Assembly (NCBI RefSeq): GCF_001194135.2
Contig: NC_068988.1
Span: forward strand, 37,990,264-38,054,263
DNA from: Octopus bimaculoides
Taxonomy: Eukaryota
Reading direction: 5' to 3'
DNA: 64,000 bases
Shown: positions 1 through 12,864 of the stretch, piece after piece
How positions within the stretch are numbered: position 1 is the first letter of the stretch
Layout of the letters: each line of letters opens with the position of its first letter
The notes under the pieces: model-generated
What the model saw: the letters and a program-made list of their open reading frames with translations, nothing else
Databases searched by the model: none
Told to the model about the DNA's origin: nothing
Program-made: the position numbers and the translations under genes

Positions 1-70
1 CATTGACTTTCATATATTTATATTGATATACATATATATACATGTGTTTGGGTGTGTGTGTGTATATACA

Positions 71-161
71 TCTCTATATATAAAGATGATGCGTAGTCTA
101 GACGGCGTTTTTAGATTTCATTATTCTCTTTAACCAGGGCAACGCCGGGTATTTCTGCTAG
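71..161 (+). mobile_element. Non-autonomous mini-Helitron (91 bp)
   Basis: 5' end TCTCTATATATAAA, subterminal hairpin CCAGGGCAACGCCGGG (134-149), 3' end CTAG, inserted between A70 and T162 with no TSD. Confidence 0.75.
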
Positions 162-594
162 TATATATATATATATATATAATATATACATGCATATGTG
201 GGCACAGGACGTCATGAAACGGGTACAACAAAAAATACAAAAGTACGAGTATGTGGAATATGAACTATTTTTTTGAACAACAAAAGGTACAAATGGAAAA
301 CAAGACAAAGAACAAAAAGAACGACCCTTCATCAGTTGTTGGCTGTTTTTCTACCCTCGTATTTCGAGCATTTAACAACAAGATACACTTTCGATAAAAC
401 AGTTGCTCCAGCAAAGCAAATTAAATAAAATTTGGGATTTTTCAGCCGGTCAAAATTGGTAACATAAACAGGACAGTGAAAACAAACAGGAAGAGCCGCT
501 AAGCCTAAACGAGGTTGTGGTGGCGAACGCGTAAATCAAGCTTGGACAGGAGACAGACAAGAAGACATCTTCCTTGATCCTGCTACAACGGAGT

Positions 595-627
<33 letters not shown>

Positions 628-2080
628 AATGGAGTTATTTTCTTTAGACAAGTTGTATTCTCATCAATCAGGGTTTGTTTGTTTATGATGGAGAAGGTGA
701 AGATCATTAGAAAACATTATTGTTTTAAAATTTGACCTGTGTTGGGGTGAGTTTTCAGTGGATTTTTGTAATTAAACTTGGTTATTGTTTAACTCAAGTT
801 GGCTTTCGTTCAGCAAAGGCATCATCTGTTTGGTTTCAGTTATGACCATTCTGTCTTGCTTCTTTTTATCAAACATATTGTATCTAGAATGTTTACTCAT
901 CATGTTTTTTTGTTTTCCTAAGATGCTATTGTGTGGTTTCAAGAAAATTTGTCTGTTAATCCTTCTAAGTGAAGTGTTTACATAGAGGCCTCCACATTTA
1001 TGTAAAGTATTTTCTGCGCGTGCGTGCACACACACACACACACACACACACAAGAGGCATTCCAGAAGTTTTGAGGCTCTTCTTGGCGACACTGTTATAA
1101 CTGTCCTAGATTTATGCATTTTTATATCTAATAAGCTGACCTGCCAACTTTGTATTCCAGATTGAAAAAGAGAGCTATAACAGCACTTTGAAGACACCCT
1201 ACTGCTTGTTACAGTTCCATGCAAGAACAGTTTTAACACTTGATGGGCAATAAAACTGTCCTTCACCTTCCCTACATCAATCCTAGTACTGAATTGGTAC
1301 TTACTTTATTGACCTTGAAAGGATGAAAGGTAAAGTCAATCTTGGTGGAACTCAGTACATAAAAATGGAAGAAATACCTTGAAGCATTTTCTCTAATGAT
1401 TCCGCTAGCTTGCCACCTTATGTAATAATTCTGATGATGATGATGCTTTCTAATAATAGTAATAATAATGATGATGAGAATAATTATTTCTAATAATTAT
1501 AAAAATGGTTCCTGACATTGGCATGAGGCAGCTTTATTATAGGAGAGGGTATTGTTAATTAAATTAACCCTGGTACTTAATGAATGTTGTTTTATTGATT
1601 CTAGAAGGATGGAAAGTGTAAAAGACATCTGTAGGATTTTGGAACTTGGGATGTAATTAAATACCTCAAGTATTTTTGTCCAGCCTTCTTTCAAGTATGT
1701 TACTCTTATCACTCATGGTGTCTCCCCTGTCACTTTCATAATGATTTCTAACAGACACAGAATCCTTAAATTTTGATTGGATGTATTCATTTGGTAAAAG
1801 AACATGGCCTAGTGGTTAGGGTGTTGAACTTAAAATCATAAGGTCATGGTTTCAGTTCCCAAACCAGGTGGTGTGATGTATTCTTTATCATCACACTTCA
1901 TTTCACATAGCTGGAGTTCACTTCCTGAAAATGAATACCAGCAGTAGCTAGGATTAACCCGTCAATGGGCTTGTGACCCAATCAGTGAAGGAGTGTTGTA
2001 CTATGTTGGTCACTTATATATTATTGAAACTGAATTAATCTAAGGCCTAATTGAACCTTTTTTTATTGGCATATTCAAAG

Positions 2081-2499
2081 TGCAGGCATGGCTGTGTGGT
2101 TAAGAAGTTTGCTTCGCAGTCACATTTTTAGTTTCAGTCTCACTGCATGGCACCTTGATCAAGTGTCATTTACTCTAGCCCCAGGCCAATCAAAGCCTTG
2201 TGAATGGATTTGGTCGATGGAAACTGAAAGTAGCTCGTGTGTGTGTGTGTGTGTGTGTGTGTGCATGTTTCCTTGTCTTGAGATTGCATGGTAGTTGAAA
2301 ATGAGTGTCACTGTTGTGCAAACAGTGTCATTCATTTCCAGTATTTTGTGAAAACTTGTCTCACCCTGGGTAACTATTACCTTGCTTAGTAACAATTGAA
2401 GATTGGCAACAGAAAGAACATCTGACTACAGAATCCGCCACAATAAAAGCTGTGTCTGACCCATGCAAGCATAGAGAAGTGGATGCTTAAATGATGATG
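2081..2499 (+). mobile_element. tRNA-derived CORE-type SINE with internal (TG)n and an RTE-like (GAT)n tail (octopus OR-like)
   Basis: Head ggcatggctgtgtggttaagaagtttgc, CORE-like gcaccttgatcaagtgtc, tail ...ccatgcaagcatagagaagtggatgcttaaatgatgatg. Related copies at about 10351-10520(-), 10808-11323(+), 15495-15625(-), 20835-20985(-), 26215-26500(+), 31181-31340(+), 32730-32885(-), 36200-36330(-), 52758-52920(-), 62600-62762(-) and 63165-63310(+). Confidence 0.8.
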
Positions 2500-3060
2500 G
2501 CGATTCTGTTAAGGCCAGCCTCAGGACTTCAATTTTGGTTGCTTTCAGGCTACATTTTGGAATGGCAGTGTGCGAAAACTTTTGAGTGATGATGAATTTG
2601 TACTACACTATAGTAAAATTTCATTTTGTCTTTACCCTTGGAAAAAGCAAAAGCAGGGCCATATGGTTTTTTTGCTGGATATAACAATCATCATCATCAT
2701 CATCATTTAACATCCGTTTTCCATGCTGGCATGGGTTAGACGTTTTGACAAGAGTTGAAGAGTTGTCCAGATTCCAATGTCTGTTTTGGCATGGTTTCTA
2801 TGGCAGGAAAAAATCTGTCAATTAGCAAACTGTAAACACAGAACCATATGGCCACCTTCTCTAGCATCTTACAAGGATGTAGTCAAATGAAATCACTCTT
2901 GCTAAAACATACTCGCTGGTTCAAAGATTTAAAAACATGTAGAAAAAAATTATAACCCTGCACTTGCAGCTGGTCCTTTAAGATCTGGTCTAGGTCTTTC
3001 TTGGACTGGCTTCAAGTAGTTTCAAACATAACGTTTTTTTTTTGTTTATTTTTTTCACAG

Positions 3061-3183
3061 TTTATTCTCTGATAGTGTCACCATTTTGTCCTTGTTGACT
3101 GTCCTTATGTCAATGGTCAAAGTTGCTATAAAATTAGGCTCTATTACTGCAAATTTAAGTGAAGAGAATACTACCATTTTGAG
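3061..3183 (+). other. Possible exon, 123 nt
   Basis: Very strong acceptor ttttttttttgtttatttttttcacag| and possible donor GAG|GTGTGT. One frame is open (LFSDSVTILSLLTVLMSMVKVAIKLGSITANLSEENTTIL), with no recognisable homology. Confidence 0.25.
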
Positions 3184-3699
3184 GTGTGTGTGTGTGTGTG
3201 TGTGTTGGTGGGGGAGAAAATGCAATTAGAATAATTTATTCATTGCTTGTTTTTATATTTTTTAATGATTATTATTTTTAGTTAGTCATGCTTCTCTTGT
3301 GGTTTTTAAGCTGTTGTTTCTTGTACATTTACCATCAGACTCCATTTCATCTTTAGTACAACAGTCCAGTGTGAGTGTGTTTGTATGTATGTATGCATGT
3401 ATGTATGTATATATATGTGTGTGTGTGTGTGTATGTATGAGGGTGAGAGCTATTAGAGATGAAGTGTGCTGTTTGTCATAGACACATATGTGTAATAAAA
3501 ATCAAATTAATTACTCTTAACTTAGCACTTTGTTCATCTTGCTAATGTCAACTGATGCTTGTTGTCCTCACTTTTTCTAAGGTTGTTATTTATCCCCGAG
3601 TCAGGTCTGAGAGAACACTGACAGATACATTTTCAGTTATAAAAACATTTTTGTTTATGGTTTGTGAAAAGGGAAACAGTCATTTGATTTTTGACAGTC

Positions 3700-5300
3700 T
3701 TTAGAGATTGGTTTCAAATTTTGGCTCAAGGCCAGCAATGTTGGGGTGGGGGTAAGTTGATTACACTAACCCCAGTGCTTAATTGGTACTTATTTTATCA
3801 ACCCTGAAAGGATGACAGGCAGTCAATCTCGGCAAAATTTGAATTCAGGACATAATGACATGAAATGCCGCTAAACATTTTGCCCAGTACAGTAATGGTT
3901 CTGCCAGCTTACCACCTTTAGAGTCTTAGAGATTGATAGAGGAAAAAATAAGAAACCATCAGTCACAGTTGTCTACAGACCAGAGACCTGCTTTAACTCT
4001 TTGACATTCAGATTTCTCTGTCAAATGTAATGCTTATATATTCACATTGTTTTGAATTGATCATGTGTTATCTTGTGGCTTTGAGATTTTGCTGATGTGA
4101 TTGTTTATTTTTTTTAGAATGTCATTGTAGGATAGGTGTGACATGCTGGATATGGCCAGTTTAAACATAAAACAGTTAGAATATTTGGGCCAGATATGGT
4201 CAGTTTAAATGTTAAAAGGTTAAATAATTGTATTGGATTAAATTTAATACTGGCTCACAAGAATCAGGTAGTGGTAGTAAACCAAATGGGGATGGGGTAG
4301 GATTAAATCTACCTTCTAATAAGAAGAGGCACAGTTCATCTGATGGCCTTTTGTAAATTTCTGCTTACCTAATTTTACTCAAAAGGCTTGTGTTGACTAG
4401 AGGCTATGGTTGAAGACACTTGCGCAAGTTGCTGTGCAGTGGGGTTGAACTCAGAACTATGTGATTATAAAGTGAATTTTATTTTTTAATCACATTGCAA
4501 TGGTGAGGTGTGAGGTAAGGGTAAACAAACAGCTAACTAAATTTTTATTTTAAATCCACTGCCATTACCAATAAATGTGAAGATGTCCAGAAAATAATTA
4601 TTTCTATTAAAGGCACAAGGTCTGAAATTTTTGGAGAAGTGGGTTAGTCAATTACACTGACCTCAATACTTCACTGGTACTTATTTTACCAGCCCAGGAA
4701 GGATGAAAGGCAAAGTTGCTCTTGACAAAATTTGAACTCAAAGCATAAAGTTGGAAGAAATGTTGCTAAGCATTGTCATGTGTGCCAACAATTCTACTAA
4801 CTTGCCACCTAAATTATAATAATAGTTTCAAATTTTGGCACAAGGCCAGCAATTTGGGGGTAGGGGTAGGTAGGTAGGTCAGTTACATTGACCCCAGTTT
4901 CAACTGGTTCTTATTTTATTGACCCTGAAAGGGTGAAAGGCAAAGTGGACCTTGGTGGAATTTGAACTCAGAATGTATAGGTGGATGAAATGTCATGAAG
5001 CATTTTGCCTAATGTGCTAACAAGTCTACCAACTCACCACCATCACCTAAATAATAATAATAATAATAATAGTAGTAGAAGTAACATTTCTTCCTACTAG
5101 AAGCATAAAGCCTGAATTTTGTAAGAGGGGGTTTGTTAATTTCATCAACCCCTGTACTTTGACTGGTACTTATTTTAGTGACCCTGAAAGGAGGAAAAGC
5201 AAAGTTGACCTCAACAGAATTTGAACTCAGGATGTAAAGACCTGAAAAAATGCTGCTAAGCATTTTGACTGGCATGCTCACAAATATGCCAGCTTGTCAC
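3700..5300 (-). mobile_element. Cluster of four older minus-strand copies of the second SINE family
   Basis: Repeated tttcaaattttggcacaaggccagcaat...actggtacttattttat...ccctgaaaggatgaaaggcaaagt...atttgaactcag...gcttaccacc at about 3710-3920, 4610-4810, 4825-5045 and 5120-5300. More copies at about 1230-1420, 6670-6890, 39085-39325 and 60040-60150. Confidence 0.75.
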
Positions 5301-5637
5301 TTTGATGTCAAGGATATAATAAGTACTATTCTGTATAATAGGCTCTGTAGCTTAGTATACAAATGTGATAGATACTTGAATATTTGCCTGCAAAACTCAA
5401 AATGAACTTGTAAATTTAAAATAGACCATTAGTTTTATAGTGTTCTGTAATTAACATTAATAATCCAAAACTTTTCCAAAATTCAAGTTAAAACTCTGGC
5501 CATGGTTAAAAACGTATTACTCCAAAACTTATAATTACTAGTGTATGACTTGTTTAACGCATGCGATAAGTAATATTTAGTATCATTGAAATACAGATAT
5601 GTATTTGTATATACAAGTGGTAACTTAATGTTTTTAA

Positions 5638-5849
5638 AGATCGATTTGAGAAATGTGTGTATGTGTACATATATTCATTCATATATACAAACAAGCATGC
5701 TTATAGAAAGAGTGAGAAAGAGAGAGAGCGGGGAATTGCAAACCAAACCAGAAGTTGTGTATGTTACAGATGGACAGATTTGACAAAAATTATTGCAATT
5801 TCCAAAATTTGTATAAATCTTGGGTTTCTGTAATATGAATTACCTATTT
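5638..5849 (+). repeat. Unclassified repeat, second copy at 9158-9505
   Basis: Shared gatc(g/a)atttgagaaat...caaaccaaacc...tatgttacagatggacagatttgaca.aaattatt...gcaatttccaaaatttgtat. Confidence 0.75.
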
Positions 5850-8229
5850 AATGAATTTTTTTTGTTTTTTTTTTGTTTTTGAGTTGTGATTAATATTCCA
5901 ACAAAACTAAATCAAAAGCATGTATTGAATATATTTTGTTTTACATTGACTTGCAGTTTTCATAACATTAAGTGGAAGAGATATTTCATACATCTGAGAC
6001 TTTAGTAGATTCTGTCATTAAAAGGATTGTAGGTCAGAATTATTAAATCAATAAAACAACTATCATGTATGCTGTCTGTTAGTGAAATTTTAGTTTTGAA
6101 TTGCATTTCTCTATGGGCATCTATTTATTACTAAGTAGATTTGAATAATTGGATTTTAATTAAAGCATTTAATTCAGTTCTACCATCCATTTTTTTTGTT
6201 TGAGAAAGGTAGACACAGGGTAAACTTTATAAATATATTCTTTATAAAAATAAAGAGTTGTAATGTTTATATTCCTTCTATCACATACCCCTGAGAGAAG
6301 CAGTTCAAATGAAGGGAAAGAAAAGGTTTCAGCTAGATTGCAGAATGGAACTCAATTTTCTTTAAGCTAAAAAATAATGTAAGTAATGTGCAAGAGAAGA
6401 GACAACATTGGTATGGAAAATGTAGTGTATAGGAGAAAGATAGCTCGGTGTACTAAGTGATTCTGATGAAAGGAGCATGTGGAAGAAGACTGGGAAGAAG
6501 TGGCCAAGATTGATTGGATGGATGGTGGTGGCTGAGTTTCATGAAGGAAACAATATAAAATGGTTATACACAGTGCTGGAGAAGACCCATCGATTCTGTG
6601 CAAGCATGGTAGAAAAATGAATGTCAAATTATATTGGTGAGGATAATAAAAAAATAAAGAATTGTTTCAGATGTTTGGCACAAGGCCAGCAATTTTAGAC
6701 TGAGTGACATTGTTGATTACATTGACACCAGTACTTGACTGGTACTCTATTTTATTGACTGCCAAATGGATTAAAGGTAAAGTTGATCTCAGTGATATGT
6801 GAACTTTAGAACAACATAAAGAGCTGTAAGAAATGCTTCAATGCATTTTGTCTGACATGTTAATAATTCGGTCAGGTCAACTCTATGGAGAATTATGTAA
6901 GGATTTTAGAATATTATCAAGCAAGCTGTTCCTTCAGTCTAATGAAAATGTTCTTTCTTGCTAAAGAAAGATATTGTCTTGGCTATTGACTCTTTATTCT
7001 AGTAGAATTGTATTGGCTGTTTTCTTATTTGATTTTCTTCAAAACTTCATTTCATTAGGTGGATATTGTCTTTTCACTTTGTTCATTTCTTATTCTCTTT
7101 TTCTGTCTCAACAATTTCTAAATGATGTGATTTAAAACATTTGCACATGATACTTTGTTTTTGCTTTCTCTTTCACCTTCAAGTTTTCTTTTAATATTTG
7201 GTTTTAACTACATCTTATTTTCTTCTCCTTGTTTTATTTTTTTCTTAGCTAACTTCTATATTTTGAGGTTTGTTAAATGACTGTTTCACAATTTGTGCTG
7301 GTGTTGTCAGGGGAGTTAAGTGGTAGCTTTAAATGCTTTGTGTTTATTTCTTTTTACTTGCTTTTCTTTTTGGCTGTTTTTGCTCTTTATATGTTCTTTT
7401 TTCTTCTTCTTACTAAGTGTATTCCACATTCTCTCTCCTCCTATTCCTCTCCTCAGAGGTGGCAGTGTTGTTTGTGTAGGTGTTAGCAGTAAAAGAAGAC
7501 AAACTACTGATTAGTAGTTAGTTAGTCAATATCAGAAAATAGCTGTTATTACAAAGAATCAACATTAATTGGCTTCTTGCAGGCACTAGACAATTGTGAC
7601 TCAGACTTGCATACACACATAAACTTTGATGGTTGTGTGCACGCGTGCACACACACACACACAATGGTCAGCACTTGTAAATGTTGGGCGTAGCAAGAGA
7701 GAGAGAGAGAGAGCTTATTATGAGCAGTTTGTAAATTATTGTATAACATGGCTGTCTGAATAAAAATTTGCAAAATAAGAAAAACAAACCAGAAACAGAT
7801 ATTTTAGTGAGAATTTTAAATTTCTAATGTATTTGAAATATATACAAAAAAAAAAGAATGAAAAATCTTTGAAAGGCAATATGTTTGCTATTTTTAAAAA
7901 CAAATTTTTGTTTGTAACCAAGAAATTTCTTTTCTTTTTGTTTTTCTTCTCACTATTCTTAATTAAATGTAATATTGTCTTGTGGTCTTCATTGGTGGTT
8001 TTTTTCAAGATGAATTTATAACATGGGATTAAAGTACCTAACACAAACATGAAAACCAACTGAATCCTCTCTCTTCAGAAGAAAATAATATTCTGTAATA
8101 CTGTAAATTGCTACTGCATATTGAAATGATTCAAAAGAGAGATTGATGTCTTGAGGGTCCAAGGGAAAATTTGAGCTTACAGATGTCTTGTTAGTTATAC
8201 AGTATTCTTGCTGTTTACAGAGTGTTGGA

Positions 8230-9135
8230 GAAAAATGCTTTGCAGTATTTGCTTTGGCTCTTTATATTCCAAGTTCAAATCCTGCTGAGGTTAACTTTGT
8301 CTTTTATTCTTTGGTGAGGTTGATAAAATAAAGTGTAAGGAGTCAATGTAATTGAATAACTTCTGCATAATTGCTGGTTATTTTGCCAATATTAGAAAAG
8401 TGGTGAACTGGCAGAATCGTTAGCATGCTGGGCAAAATGCTTAGTGGTATTTTGTCTGCCGCTATGTTCTGAGTTCAAATTCCGCTGAGGTTGACTTTGC
8501 TTTTCATCTTTTGGGGTCAATTAAATAAGTACCAGTTACACACTGGGATCAGTGTAATCAACTTAATCCCTTTGTCTGTCCTTGTTTGTTGTCCCCACTA
8601 TGTTTAGCCCCCTGCAGGCAATAAAGAAATAAATATTAGAAAGTTGTTACTAAGAAGGTGAACTGGCAGAATCATTGGAATGTCGAAAGAAATGCTTATA
8701 GTATTTCTTCCAGTCCTTTACGTTTTGTGATATGTGGGAGACTGGCATGTCAAAGAATAGACCCAGTGTTTCCTCTGAATGTCATAAAAAAGGTGACCAA
8801 AACAGGTTGAAGTAGGATTTGCACTCTGACTTTGTGAAGCCCACACCAGAAGTGACTACCCAAACAGACCCATGGGTTGGAGGGTTGTCGCCTGAGTGGT
8901 GCAAAGGTGTTATCTGTCAGGATTAGGGAATCACCTACAAATGGTGTATGCAGTGGTGGGCTGTTATAGCACTTGCCCCCATGCTACTACAACTTTATGT
9001 TTTGAGTTCAAATCTTGCCGAGCTCAATTTGCCTTTCATCCTTTCTGGGTCAGTAAAATAAAGTATCAGTTAAGTACTGATATTGACTAATCCCACCTCA
9101 AAATTGCTGGCATTGTGCCAAAACTTGAAACCATT
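8230..9135 (+). mobile_element. Three head-to-tail plus-strand SINE copies, the third interrupted
   Basis: gttcaaat..ctgaggtt.actttg..tt.tcat blocks at about 8275, 8470 and 9005. Confidence 0.7.
8728..8992 (+). mobile_element. Retroposon with an (ACT)n tail inserted in a SINE
   Basis: Flanked by ctttacgttttg (8716-8727) and ctttatgttttg (8993-9004). A second copy at about 21698-21985 ends in (ACT)n. Confidence 0.7.
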
Positions 9136-9516
9136 ATTATTATGGCAGCAGTTTAGTAGAGATCAATTTGAGAAATATGTGTGTGTGTCTCTGTACATAT
9201 AGTCATACATACATACATACATACATACATACATACATACAAACATATATATAGAAGGAGTGAGTGAGAGAATGTGGTGAGTTGTAAACCAAAGTCAAGA
9301 TTTGAGAAAAATTATCATAATTTCCAAAATTTGTATCAGCTTTGGGTTTATTTGTTCATACATACAGAAAGAAGGAGTGAGAAATTGTGGGGAGTTACAA
9401 ACCAAACCCCAAATTATGTTACAGATGGACAGATTTGACAGAAATTATTATTGCAATTTCCAAAATTTGTATCAACTTTGGGCTTCTGTAATGTGAATCA
9501 CTTATAATCATTAGAG

Positions 9517-10630
9517 CATAGATTCTCAGCATGGTTGGTACTGCCCCCAAAGGGGCACTGGGTAGATTGAAGAGGAATGTTAGGCTTTAGTCGGTAGTGA
9601 GATAACATAATTAACATACTAAATCTTACCAATAGTAGTAAATATATAATACATGATAATGGTTATTAAAATAAAATGAGATCTCATTAGGTGCAGAGAA
9701 GTCATTAACTTGGAATGTGTAAAGTAAATTTACAGCTTTTGTCTTCATTAATTTTTCATCATTTCACTGTTAATAGCTTATACAATCCATTTTTAGAGTA
9801 AAATTTATGAATTATGTTCCATTCTTTTACTCTTTATTTATTCCTTTACTTGTTTCAGTCATTTGACTGTGGCCATGCTGGAGTATTTGACTGTGGCTAT
9901 GCTTTTAGTGAAACAAACTGACCCCAGGACTTATCCTTTGGAAGCCTAGTAATTATTCTATTGGTCTCTTTTGCCAAACTGCTAAGTTACGAGAACAGAA
10001 ACACACTAACATCGGTGTCAAGTGGGGGGGGGGGACAAACACAGACACACGAATACATACATAAATAAATATCAATATAATAATAACAAAGAAAAAACTC
10101 AAGGTAATAAATTTAAAATGTCTTATTTTATTTTAATTATAATCCACTGATGAGTACAAAAAGACATATGATGATGATAATAAGCATTATTTTTTTGATG
10201 GTCTTTTTGACAGAAACAGTTGTCTGAGATAATTGAATAAATGAATAATCCATCATTAAGAACAAAGTTTGCTTCATTTCTTTTTATTTGATGACATTTA
10301 TTGAACTCTGTTTAATGAATTAATTCTTATAATGATCATTTGCTTATATTTATATGCAACAGGCTTCTTTCAGTTTCTGTCGACCAAATCCACTCACAAG
10401 GCTTTGGTTGGCCTGAGGCTATAGTAGAAGACACTTGCCCAAGGTGCCATGCAAGGGGACTGAACCCGGAACCCTGTGGTTGGAAAGTAAGCTTCTTACC
10501 ATACAACCACTCCTGCACCTCCATGTTAGATTAATTTAGTTGTGATACCTCACTCACCACTTAGGTGGGCACTAGGCATATCAGTTACTTAAAAGGGGGT
10601 TACTAAAAGAGAAAAGATTAAGAACAACAG
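9517..10630. mobile_element. Old hAT-type element containing two SINE insertions
   Basis: Perfect TSD cattagag (9509-9516 and 10631-10638). Degenerate ends CATAGATTCTCAG and TAAGAACAACAG. Confidence 0.6.
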
Positions 10631-11109
10631 CATTAGAGCGTTGGGTTGAATGTATCGCGTTATTTATTCTTACTGTGTTCTGAGTTCAAATCCTGCTAAG
10701 GCCAACTTTACTTTCATCCCTGCAGGGCTAATTAATGAAATTACCAATGAAGTACTGGGATTGATATAATTGACTAACTCCCTCTACCAAATTTGATGCT
10801 TTGTGCCTATGGCTGTGTTGCTAAGGAAGTTTGCTTTTCACCCATGTGGTTTTGGGTTCAGTCCTAGCGAGTGGCACCTTGGGCAAATAAATCTCTTCTA
10901 TGATAGCCCCAGCCTTGTGGGTGGATTTGGCAGATGGAAACTGAAAGAAGCCCTTCATATGTATGCTTGTGTTTCCTTATTTTTGATATCATGCAATATT
11001 TGTAAATGACTGTCAGCATCATACAAGTGGTGTTCTTCATTTTCAATCTTCCATGAAAGCGTGTTGTGTCTGGCCATGGGAAAATATTACCTTCCTTGGA
11101 AACTAGCAA

Positions 11110-11290
11110 GGGTTAGCAACAGGAACAGCATCTGACCCTTGCAAGCATTGAGATGAGGGTTAGCAACAGGATCAGCATCTGACCCTTGCAAGCATTGAGA
11201 TGAGGGTTAGCAACAGGATCAGCATCTGACCCTTGCAAGCATTGAGATGAGGGTTAGCAACAGGATCAGCATCTGACCCGTGCAAGCATG
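11110..11290. repeat. 47-bp tandem repeat, about 3.9 copies, inside a SINE tail
   Basis: gggttagcaacaggatcagcatctgacccttgcaagcattgagatga at 11110, 11157, 11204 and 11251. Confidence 0.95.
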
Positions 11291-12075
11291 GAGAAGTGGA
11301 CAAGAAATTAATGAAGATGATGACAATTAATTAATTTTCATATTGAATATATTCATAAGGTTTGGGAGAAAATGAGTTTGTATGACCTTCTTGTCTTTTT
11401 TTTTTTTTTGAAGACTAATTGGAATATGAAGTAGAGTAACGTTAATTGTGAATCAAAGTTGAATTATGGACTTGGTTTACTGGGAGTTTAGTCATTCTAT
11501 GTACTTTTATTTAGATGTACAACAATCAAAGGAATACAGTATGTGGTTTGTTGCTTTAAATTCTAATGATAAATGATAACATTGTGTTGTTCCCAGTAAA
11601 TAATCATGATAATAATAATAATAAATCAAAACAAAGAACTCACCCCATAAACCAACCCTCTCTACTAAAATGTTGATGTCTAATTAAGTGATTATTATTT
11701 ATTTATTTAATTATTAAGATTAAAAGAAGAAAAAACAGAGAGAAAAATGAAGGGAAATTTATTACTCTTTGGTGTAATTAGGTTAAAAATAACAATATAA
11801 TTGTATTTTTGTGAAAAGAAATTTAATTAAAAGATCAATTAGTAAACAACTGATATTTTTTTTATTCATTTCTGTCTCTTGACTGGAACTCCCCCTCCCC
11901 CAGTATTTGAATGTGTTTAATGTGATTTTATTTTCCATCAATCTTGTTTATGAACTGATATTTAATGAAGTTTTGATAAATTTCAAAAGGGAAGCTGAGT
12001 TACTAATTTTTTTTTGTTTTGCAAGATATTTGTGTTGTTGTTTTAAGCTCTAGATCAGATCTGATTGATGTAGAC

Positions 12076-12382
12076 CAGTGGTTCCCAAAGTGAGTGGTAT
12101 TGCCCCCTGGGGGTGGTGGAAAGTTCCAAGGGGTTGTTGAAGAAAAGTGGGGTGATAACGGGGTAGCGATTCATATAAAAAGTGGGGCAATAATGGGGTT
12201 GCAATTCATGTAAAAACAACAAAATAATGGGTTCATTAGGTTAAGTTTTATTTATGAAATACAGTTGCTTTGAATTTGTTTAAGAAAGATGTCTGTTTGT
12301 AAGGGCTAGTTGGGGTGGGGGCACTAGGAATGTGGCCTGGGTGTCAAGGGGGCGGCAGCCCCAAAAAGTTTGGGAACCACTG
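12076..12382. mobile_element. hAT-type MITE
   Basis: TIR CAGTGGTTCCCAAA; TSD atgtagac/atatagac. Confidence 0.85.
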
Positions 12383-12641
12383 ATATAGACCTCTGGTCAA
12401 AGGTGACCCTGTCATAAAGGTTGGTCTTTAGTGTGTGTGTGTGTGTGTGTATATAATAATGGTATGAAACTCAAATCAGTCTCAGTAAACCATGTGTGCA
12501 GTATATATTGAACACTTCCCTCACGTTTGTTTGATATAAATCAATGTTTATTTATATATATGTTGTCCTAATCACTCTGCATCCCTTGCCTTTCACTAGG
12601 CTTATATATATGATTTATTTAAACCATTTCTACCTCTAGAG

Positions 12642-12814
12642 CAGTGCTCTGCAACCGGTATGCCACGCACACTGGTGTGCCATAAAACAATGCTAGATGT
12701 ACTGCAGTGTAACCTGAATATAATTTTCCCTTATACTTTTAGTTATATTTTTAGTTTAGGTGTGCCACCAAATTTTGAAAAGAATATAAGTGTACTGCAG
12801 GTTGCGGAGCACTG
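12642..12814. mobile_element. hAT-type MITE
   Basis: TIR CAGTGCTC(T/C)GCAACC; TSD ctctagag/ctctacag. Confidence 0.85.
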
Positions 12815-12864
12815 CTCTACAGGATGTATCATAATTGCCAAATTGTAATTATGACCAAGTCCAC

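Noticed and set aside
190-345. CTGATGAAGGG on the minus strand (335-325) with a downstream GACGTC, as a possible hammerhead
   Set aside because: There is no GAAA core after a closable stem II and the spacing is over 100 nt. It is probably a terminal motif of an unclassified repeat.
1803-1870. tRNA-like A/B boxes here and at other SINE heads
   Set aside because: They do not fold into full cloverleaves and continue into SINE bodies, so they are not tRNA genes.
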